Origin: Catajapyx aquilonaris
Lineage: Eukaryota
Reading direction: 5' to 3'
Assembly (NCBI GenBank): GCA_000934665.2
Contig: JYFJ02001494.1
Coordinates: 58,244-78,243 of the forward strand
DNA: 20,000 nt
Position numbers and translations under genes: made by a program. This document shows positions 11,170 to 20,000 of this stretch, in pieces. The notes beneath the pieces were generated by a model, which did no database searches, was not told the origin of the DNA, and saw only the letters and a list, made by a program, of their open reading frames with translations. The stretch's first letter is position 1. Each line of letters begins with the position of its first letter.

Positions 11170-12360
11170 CATTTGAAGTTAAAGGATATATAGGCTATAC
11201 TGAAAATATTAATCTTGATCTCTCTGTGGAATAGAGTTATTCCCGTTCGCCACCAGCACGTATATCATGAATAGTTATTGGATATACCTGTAGAGGGAAA
11301 ACTTATATTAAGAGTGCAATCCACCTCGACGACAGGTGGTCGCTGCATGGGACCAATGTGGCCAAAAATCCTCAAATAGAATATATTTGGCCTGGCTGCC
11401 GTGACTGCGGGGCAAACAGGAAATAAACAAGTTTTTATTGTCGCTGACGGTCCAGTCCAGCAGATTGATATTTTTGCCAGCACAAGGTGGTGCCTCTCGG
11501 ACACAACGGGCTATGTTATCATCCAACCGAAGGTGCCATATGGATGCTATTCACGCCATTACGAATTCATTACTGCAAATCACAGAAGAGTGAGAACAGC
11601 GATAGTATGCATCATTATGACTTCCAGCCGCTGCGCTGCCCTGTAAACACGTGATTATTATACACCGCCATAATCTTGGCCATAATATACTCATGCGAAT
11701 CAAATCACCTCACCGGATCAGTCGCGATGCGATGGGACCAGAAGAGAGCATGCCTACATGATTGTGGCATTGTCTACAATAATTGAAGGGGGGGAGGGAG
11801 AGAGAGAGAAAGTAGCTTATTGTTAGATGAATGATGATGGCGACGACTATACACCTAGCAGTCTAGCACCATGTCTGTAACATATGGTGCTGTACGTACG
11901 TATATTGCTAACTGCTAAGAGTGATATACGAGTTATTGGATTCAAGGGTGCAGCACGGAAGAGGATCTGCTGGTTGGGAACCATCATCCACATATATACG
12001 TACACAACCTTTCGTAAATCTACGACATCAAATCACCGCAAGAGATGTGTGGAGTGGAGTAAAATCTTGTGGACAAGAGGATCGTCTATGTAAATGTGTC
12101 GCTTGGTCTACGCAACTTCATTGCCAATATGGCTGTTACGTAATGTGTATAGAATACTTGATAGTGTCGCATCACCACTGAAACGTGCCTCCTCTTTGCT
12201 GTTGCCAAGGTCTCGTCAGCCTGTATAGAAGACAGTGCAGATCAAGAGATGATCAAGAGAGAATAATATTTAGGTGCGCCTGATCAATGCGTTGCATATT
12301 ATTCCATATCGTATACATCGGGTGAGGCCACCAGTTCCCGCAAAATAATGGCAAGTGACG
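11170..12360 (+). repeat. Diverged duplicated segment, copy A (paralogue of ~15110-16250)
   Basis: Co-linear anchors: 11825 AGATGAATGATGATGGCGACGACTATACACC / 15564 AGATGAATGAGCATGAAGACGACTATATACC; AGCACCATGTCT in both; 11904/15787 ATTGCTAA...CTAAG.GTGAT; AAGAGGATCT in both; 12018/15880 ATCT.CGACA..AAATCAC; 12279/16124 CCTGATCAA. Boundaries approximate. Confidence 0.75.
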
Positions 12361-12546
12361 ATCCTGATGGTGTCAGACATAGGATAATAATCAGCTCCAT
12401 GCTCACCCAGAACAAAAACGCATTAGCCGCCGCCCTGGTCGTCACACTATTGTGATAGCACCAAGTTGGCTGCCGTGAATGGCTCTGCCTCAGGGGCCCC
12501 AGTCGGTGTAGTAATACTAGCGCCAGCCATGTTGGGTACCCACCCC

Positions 12547-12629
<83 letters not shown>
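12547..12629. repeat. (TAT)~27 microsatellite
   Basis: Read directly. Confidence 0.98.
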
Positions 12630-12631
<2 letters not shown>

Positions 12632-13008
12632 GGTGCCCGGAAACACCGATACTACTGAAGCAGAAGAGCACGAGCAGACACCGGTATATAGCTTATTGGA
12701 AGCATTAAAGCATTAATACCCTTAGCACCTGGACTAATAGTGATAGATAAAGCGTCAAGTGGCCAAATATGATTGCAGCGCGGAATGTAAACATGATTGT
12801 ATGTACCCTGATCAATACATCCTGTAACTGCATTTCCCATCTACGACAACACCCAACAACACCAAGCGAATAATTTTCTGCATTATCCGTCATTACTGAT
12901 GTGGCTGTGCATAACATAAGTATTTATTCTTGTGGGCGTTTTCCTAATAATTTCTGAAGGTCCAACGGAGTTGAAACGTATAGTCAAATCTCTGTTGGAC
13001 CGTATATA

Positions 13009-13570
13009 CAGGGTGTTTATTGTAACTCTGCAAAAACTCTCAGGGGTAATAGAGGGGACCAAGACAAGTATTTTTGACATAGGAACCCGTGTCCGGAAAC
13101 GCCATCTAGAGGGGGTTCATAGACAAGGAACGGGTGCGCTCAGACGCGTCAGGCGAGAGGCGCTAGGCGAGCGGAATGTTTTGCTGATAGATGGCGCTCG
13201 GATAGTAGCCAACGATGCGATGTGCCATAACCTGGCAACAGCAGAGCCATCTAGCAACGAAAGTCCGCCTCCTAGGAGACGCGCGGATTTTCAATAGCGG
13301 TTCTGTTGTTGCCAGGTTATGGAGTATCGCGTTGTTGTTTGCTTACAACGACGCGATACGCCATAACCTGGCAACAACTGGGCGCCATCTATCAACAAAA
13401 CAGTCCGCTCTCTTAGCGCCTCTCGCCTGACGCGTCTGAGCGCACCCGTTCCTCGTCTATGAACCCCCTCTAGATGGCGTTTCCGGACACGGGTTCCTAT
13501 GTCAAAAATACTTGTCTTGGTCCCCTCTATTACCCCTGAAAGTCTTTGCAGAGTTACAATAAACACCCTG
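13009..13570. mobile_element. 562-bp non-autonomous Tc1/mariner-type MITE with 189-bp TIRs and TA target duplication
   Basis: TA|CAGGGTGTTTATTGTAACTCTGCAAA... (13009-13197) is a near-perfect reverse complement of 13382-13570 (...TTTGCAGAGTTACAATAAACACCCTG|TA). No transposase ORF. Confidence 0.92.
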
Positions 13571-13575
13571 TATAG

Positions 13576-13625
13576 TGTCATGACCTGCCTACTGACAACG
13601 CGTTGTCAACAGGCAGGCCATGACA
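13576..13625. repeat. 50-bp loopless palindrome centred on ACGCGT
   Basis: TGTCATGACCTGCCTACTGACAACG|CGTTGTCAACAGGCAGGCCATGACA; 25-bp arms with 3 mismatches. Confidence 0.88.
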
Positions 13626-13651
13626 ATGGACAATACAGGTCAGCAGTTACA

Positions 13652-13787
13652 AGGGGGATGGACCACTCCCCAATACAGTGTACGCCAGCAGTTCCTGCTG
13701 GAACCGGGTGGTTCCACCCGGTTTCAGGCCGGTTCCAGAGGGACCATAATTATGTACTACACCGGTTCCACGAAGTGGTTACCCCCT
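13652..13787. mobile_element. Second member of the AGGGGG..ACCACT inverted-repeat family, opposite orientation to 4842-4993, with internal hairpins
   Basis: Right end ...TACTACACCGGTTCCACGAAGTGGTTACCCCCT aligns to the reverse complement of the 4842 element's left end (...TGCTACACTGGAGTACCGAAGTGGTTACCCCCT). Left end AGGGGGATGGACCACTCC is a degenerate TIR. Confidence 0.65.
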
Positions 13788-15109
13788 CGATCAGTTAGTT
13801 TTCTTCAGAAGGTCAAGTCAGTAAGTAACAACACTCAGCATGGAGACTGATGACACCGCTGCAAAACCCACCGGGGGACATGTTAACACAACCGCAGCGC
13901 GACTGTTTGACATCAGTCATTCTCATCAGAATCAAACACAGACGACAATAATAAATTATCACGAGAGGACCAAGTGGCACGTATTCACTGAGTGACAAGG
14001 GCCGACGATCGCATATATTAAACCCACAAGTGGCATTGTGGATGAACAAAATATGTTTGCGCAGCAATGTGCGTAATAATACACAAGCTGTATATCATAA
14101 CTTAATAATGGCTTTCCAAACAGTAGTGGGATAATCGCTCCGTAAACATTCGATTTCCAGTGAACTTATCTCCATTTTCTGTGTGACAGTTCCACCTGTA
14201 CTGCCTGCGAGTGCTATTCGCAGGTAATAATTGCAATTCCTCGCCATAATAATAATAATAATGCTGCGCATATTATTATTTTATACAAGTGCACCTTCTT
14301 ATCCCGATAATCCGAAGACATACGATCATCATCATCATCTTGTCTTCACATAGCATTCGTATCAAAGCAGATTCCGTTACGATACAGACACCTTGCATAT
14401 GCAAACATGGCATTAAAATAATTTGGCAAGGGTGATTCCCGACGCAATAACAAAAACTGCAGCACATTATTAGCTGACTGCAAGATTTTATTTGACCCCG
14501 GAGATGACAACAAGGTTCTTCTCTTCCTCTGATCGAGAGACTGAGGGTGCTGCTGGTTGGTTGCAGAATGATCGTCTTCCACAGTAATTAACAAGAACCA
14601 TCTGACGCCCATATTCCGCATCTATATACGATCTCGTAGATTCTAATACTCACTTCAGGCGACCTTCAGACAGCACATGGGTCAAAGGATCCGGGTTCGT
14701 GTCTCTCGACCCTGATGTTGTCTCTCCTGCTGCATGTGTTCATTACCATGTATACCCGAAGGAAGCCTTTCACAGGTAAAGGCCTTGGTTATAACAACTG
14801 ACCACAACAGTGACGTATGACAGCTCACTGTGCCACATCTCAACAGCCGCACTTCAATATTAGCGTATAAACTCTCGCCGGTCTTACTGAAAGTGGCACC
14901 TGCAGCCAAGATGACTCCTAGCAACCTTTAATGAGTATGTGTAATTTCAGTGCAAAGACTGTATAATAAGCGAAGCCTCTCTTTGACTGAGCTGCAAAAT
15001 AATATATTCTCTCATCTTAGTTTTGTTCACTCACACGCAACATAGCCTAAGTGTTATTATTATTATTCCTAAAAATACGTTTCAACTTTCGTGATGAAAA
15101 TGACAACGT

Positions 15110-16250
15110 ATTATTTGGGTTAACAAGGACCTGCAATACTGAGAACATTGAAAACGATATAACGACGAAGGAGACAAGACACGGAATTGAAGAAATATAT
15201 CCCGGCACATATAGGGAGAGTGCACTGACTCTCTCTGCTATGAGATCCAGATTATATTAACCAGTAGTAATAAAACCTTCGTTCTATGGCGTTATACTGT
15301 AAAATGAATAAAAATCCGATGGCCAACGTCAAGGCTTCAATATTTATGCACGATGTCGGTCAGTGCCATTCGAGTGAAGACTATATACAGCAGGAGTCGA
15401 GAAAAGGGCACGATTGAAAGTCACGGAAACGTAGATTGTGCATGGCACCCAAATGAAGAGCCCTCGGAAGTTTAATTACACGCATTGAACTATAATGAAC
15501 TCGAAAGCCGACCATACCCTTACTGTGGTTAATCACAATTATACCGGTACTGCGTCAGGAGAAAGATGAATGAGCATGAAGACGACTATATACCCAGCAC
15601 CATGTCTATATGGCCGATTGCACCCAACTGAATCACAGATCCGATAGCTCCTAATGGATCGTTAGGAGCCCTTTTTTAACATGCTCTAACGATCTGTTTT
15701 GTTTTTTGTACTCTAGAGTGTGTCCCCCAAAAAGGGCCCTGCCCTCGCAAGGGGTAACGTAAATAAATAAAAATAAATAAATAAAAATTGCTAAGGCCTA
15801 AGGGTGATTTTATGTTCATGGATGTATGAAAGAGGATCTCTGCAGCTGGATCCACCTACACAGGCCTTTTTAAGGAAATATCTGCGACAACAAAATCACT
15901 GTCGGAGATATTGTTTGTCGCCTCTGGGATGAAAAAAGGCCTGATGTTTCCAATCATTTGGCTCTAACCCAACATTGCTCAGATATGAACAGGTAGCAAC
16001 TCGACCCAATTGATTTTTTTAAAAAAATGTAACATGCACCATACATCTCCTTTCATCTCTTTCCTTTATTTCTTATACATCACAGTTAAAATTTCTGCGT
16101 CGTATATAATTGGTATAAGCCTCCCTGATCAAAGGCAACATAAATATATTTTTATGCTCAGCCTTTCCACAGGCAATAATTATTTAATGCAAATATTTTT
16201 GCAGGTGATGCTGCGAAGTTATTGGTGCTGGACAACGCATAGTAAGTGAC
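15110..16250 (+). repeat. Diverged duplicated segment, copy B (carries a ~155-bp insertion relative to copy A)
   Basis: Same anchors as copy A at offsets of about 3.74-3.94 kb. Confidence 0.75.
15615..15787 (+). mobile_element. Probable retroposon 3'-end fragment(s) with terminal hairpin and (AAAT)n tail inserted in duplicate copy B
   Basis: Sequence absent from copy A. Ends CCCTGCCCTCGCAAGGGGTAACGT followed by AAATAAATAAAAATAAATAAATAAAAA. No TSD identified. Confidence 0.45.
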
Positions 16251-16857
16251 CCTTGGTATTTGGATTTTATTATCGACACATTTCCCATCAGGCATAATTA
16301 TATACTGACGATAAATAAATGACTGGGAAAATATTCATCTCTCAAATTATAGAACTACAATATAGGCCACTAGGCCACTACTGTACTTGAAATATAATGG
16401 AAGGGAATTATACCGACGTGGAAGCTAATGGGACAGCTTAATTCAGGTTGGCAGCATGATTGTGCTCGGGGACCTTAAGACTAGTAATGTTATCCTATGC
16501 TGCTGAATCCGTCGTTTTATTAAAGCAACAAATCAATAATTGAAAAATCGCCATCATATGTCTTCAATAATAATATATTGCAAAGAAATAAAGCGCAAAT
16601 TATTATTATTTCTCTCTGCAATCAGTATACTGACCCTACTGTATCGCCACGGCGTCGTGGCCCCATAATATTATGTTCATTAGTTGCCATCTACTTGTTC
16701 ACGTAGCGGCATGCGCCTATAAGTACTAAGGTATAATCTTCGTCAATGACTGGTTTGTCTTACAAAATAATAATGTCGTCGGACAAAATTAATGCAGGTC
16801 GTTATTTTGATAACAGGGGCCACTCGGCCACCTTGCAACGACAATAATGACGTACAC

Positions 16858-16926
<69 letters not shown>
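16858..16926. repeat. (CAT)23 microsatellite
   Basis: Read directly; it is the source of the poly-H/M/D ORFs. Confidence 0.98.
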
Positions 16927-19900
16927 TATCATTATTATTCCACATTTGACAATATAAGGCCGCACAAACAATATTGCTGCAGTCCAGCACTAACGGACAA
17001 TGATGCAGAACAAACTTAACTCCGCTGGCACCAGTTATTTTCATTTGCATATTTCATGCAGGTTATTGTTATTATCACCAAAGTGACCTTTTCGGCGTCC
17101 TCTTGGTGATGAAAAGCTGAAGAGAGCTCATCAAACGCAAAAGAGAGAAGAGGTAGAAAGACCCATCAGTATGTGAAGATCGGAAGGCAACGTGCTGGAA
17201 TATGATTTTCATGGGCACGAATAATCTTCCACAGTTCGCGACCCTCATCTGAGGACCGGAGACCTTGTGGTCGGCATGTCCAGATATTGCAAGCTAGAAA
17301 AACAATTACATCATTCGCCCCTCATGCAGGAAATGTGTTTTCGTAACGAACGAAAGTGCCCGGAGATTGTTCAGACACACTTTCACGTTATTATCAATGA
17401 AATAGTTCCCTGCATTCTATTTTATTTTATTACAGCTGCAAGCCGCTATCAAAAAAACACACACCAGGACATGTGACGAGTATGTAACGCTATTTTTTTT
17501 TATTGCCACCATTTTACTAATGTCAACAGTTGACTGCCAGCACCTCATTCCAATGAAATCGTTGAAGTTCCACATCGTTAGTTAGCCAATGAAATGACGT
17601 CATTCGAACGCCAATCAACGAAACATGCATTTTATCTATTGAGATCCACAGAACTTGGCGAACAATGAATAATATTTATTGACAAAAAGCTATAAGCAAA
17701 TATTCCTCTGAAGACATGCAACTCAATCTGATTCAGATAGTTCCCAACGTTAACCAAACCTGGCTATCGCCCGAGACACCTCTTCTTCGTCAAAGATCAT
17801 AGGCCAGGATCAAATCTCCTTGGTTCATCAGGCATCAGGACGACTTCAGACACGTAAAGACCACACTGTTCCAATATCTGGTGCCCACCCTTCTCCAAGA
17901 GGAGAATGACGGGGAGGCGAAGAGACCCACAGACACTTCCGGAGAAGCACCTCCTCTTATTAGATTGGCCTACTAGATGACTCGCGACCGGGATGCCTAA
18001 GATTTATTTGTAAACAACACGTCAAAATTGTTCATCATTAAGAGAGCTCATGACTAGAAATAATTTATGTCAACTTACATATTATTACAAACACATTTTT
18101 CATTTGAACTTTTCTCACCTATCCATATATATAGCTAGTCAGTACAGTACACTGTGACTGCATGTCATTAGTAAAGGTTGATGCTATAAGATAATTCCCT
18201 ATCTACTTCCCAACCACACCGATCCTATAACGCACGCAGGAATGAAATTAACCCGTGTTAATCGTGTCCAATAGCTACATTGGAATCTGCACGTTCATGT
18301 CGTTCCTGACACTCATCAAAAGTTCCGCCCTGATGGTTTTGTATTGTCACAAACATTGATGCAAATATAGACAATGCCGAGCAGCTGTCGTGACCACATT
18401 TTTGTGCATGTCAGATGTCACAGTAACTCTTCACATACTGCAACTGCTGTGGTGATGGATATTTCTAATGCTGCACCAACCACCCCTGATGACTTCTATA
18501 TTCCTATAGTGAATGAAACTCGTTCTTCATGTGCAGCACTATAATGTTAGTTGGCCGCAGTGTATTTTAATATCCGTGCGAGGTTCTGGAGAGAGGCCAA
18601 TAAATAATATCAGGTAAAAAAACTCTGCAGCATTTGAGTATATATAATTACCTCATTGCAGTATATTATAGACCTATACGTGTTTGTTGATCAGCCACGC
18701 ACAAGAGTTAGGTCGAACTGCAACGTATTCCATTCCAGAGCTTCCCATGAACGAAATCACAACACTTAGAATGTGACGCGAGACACTACTTCTCTCTGAT
18801 TGGAGACTCTGAAGAAGTTGTGAGGCAGCGAAAAATATCCACACTCAATGAAACCCACACGAATATTTTGACTACAAAATGCGACGAAATGCCTGGACAA
18901 TAAGCAATACGATTCCAACAAAGAGCACACTTTGCTTCGGTGAAGATCTCTGTCAGTCGAGTAACCAATCGACTGGGGCCAAACGAACTTGTGCAGCTGC
19001 TGGTCCGCCAAAATAATTTTTCAAGTGCAAACTTGGGAGCAGACATTACTTGCCCTGTGTAAATAGCAATGACCAGCAGTAACATGGGCCGTTAGGCTTA
19101 AAATCAACGGTGTTTATACGCAGGTGCTGCGAATAATATTTCCCGACTGCCCCAACACTGCCAAGGGATCGATGTTTATAATGCCACTGAACAACATCAA
19201 CCCTCCGTTATAAAGTGGAATGTGTACAACACCCTGTGACACAGGTAAGCTCATCAAACATGATAAGCTGTGACTTAGAAATTGCCACTTCCAGGTTATG
19301 TATAATGACGGTTTGTTTCTCTGACTGAGCAGGAAAGATTCCTCTCCACTAAAAAGCCGTCTGCCTATTGCTTGGAGAAGCTACACAGTTGGTATACAGA
19401 TGACGAGAGAGATGAGAAAAATGAAGAACGACTGTCTACTGTACCAAATCAACCAAAAAAGAGACCTTTGCCGCCTTGCTTGACACCATACCAGCTGCCC
19501 AAGCCATATACACTTCCTATACATTATAGCTCTCGGAATCACTGGATTTGCCTTTTCGGACATAAAATAATGCATAATTATATGTATTGAAGAAATTCTC
19601 AAAGATCATCGTGGCGGTTTAAAAATGCAAACAATTATAAATTTACATGAACAATAAATTGAAGAGATGTTTTTCACCTTCGCATAACCATCGAGAAAAT
19701 ATTTAGTCAATTTCTACCAGGTGGCTAAGGCATCAGTGTGTATAATATGTTACAAAATTATGTCTTAACTTATTGAATAATTATTACAAGTCATATAATG
19801 GTGAGAAAACCATCGAGGGGACCAGAAAATCATGATTGATTAATATTATTATTCACTACCTGGCGACGACGCGGGACGTGTGAACAAACCCTGCGACGAC

Positions 19901-20000
19901 GGCACGTTAGCCTGAACTGGAAAACCTCATCACAACAAAATCCATCTACTTTTCCTCATGATATATTAATTTGTCGGTACCTCATATAAAAATGGACAGA

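Noticed and set aside
12883..13798. Mirror-image ORFs (12932-13297 +, 13291-13581 -, and the two MSKILVLVPSITPES ORFs) that look like duplicated genes
   Set aside because: They arise from the 189-bp TIRs of the MITE and show no transposase or other recognisable domain.
17710..17980. Possible decayed LINE reverse transcriptase C-terminus (QLNLIQIV; SPWFIR)
   Set aside because: Only short, frame-discordant resemblance.

Overview
Eukaryotic, intron-containing animal DNA (roughly 40% GC with long trinucleotide microsatellites; probably an arthropod, but the taxon cannot be fixed from this window). The only well-supported gene is the 3' part of a + strand firefly-luciferase-like / 4-coumarate-CoA-ligase-like acyl-CoA synthetase (ANL superfamily). 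It has seven phase-consistent GT-AG exons between 1298 and 4174, and its upstream exons lie before the window. It ends ...KEGIII* with no peroxisomal PTS1. Its TAG stop is followed by CTA and 85 further open in-frame codons, which makes it a stop-codon readthrough candidate. The other ~15.5 kb appears largely non-coding. It holds a 562-bp Tc1/mariner-type MITE with 189-bp TIRs, nested hairpins and repeated TF-like motifs, and a 102-bp mini-MITE with the same CAGGGTG ends. It also holds two related AGGGGG-ended inverted-repeat elements, a TSD-flanked retroposon fragment with a (TAT/TAC)n tail, a pre-miRNA-sized hairpin, and an old, diverged ~1.2-kb co-linear duplication in which only one copy keeps canonical splice sites. 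Most other ORFs in the track are microsatellite, palindrome or chance artefacts. No prokaryotic features (CRISPR, operons) and no rRNA or tRNA were seen.
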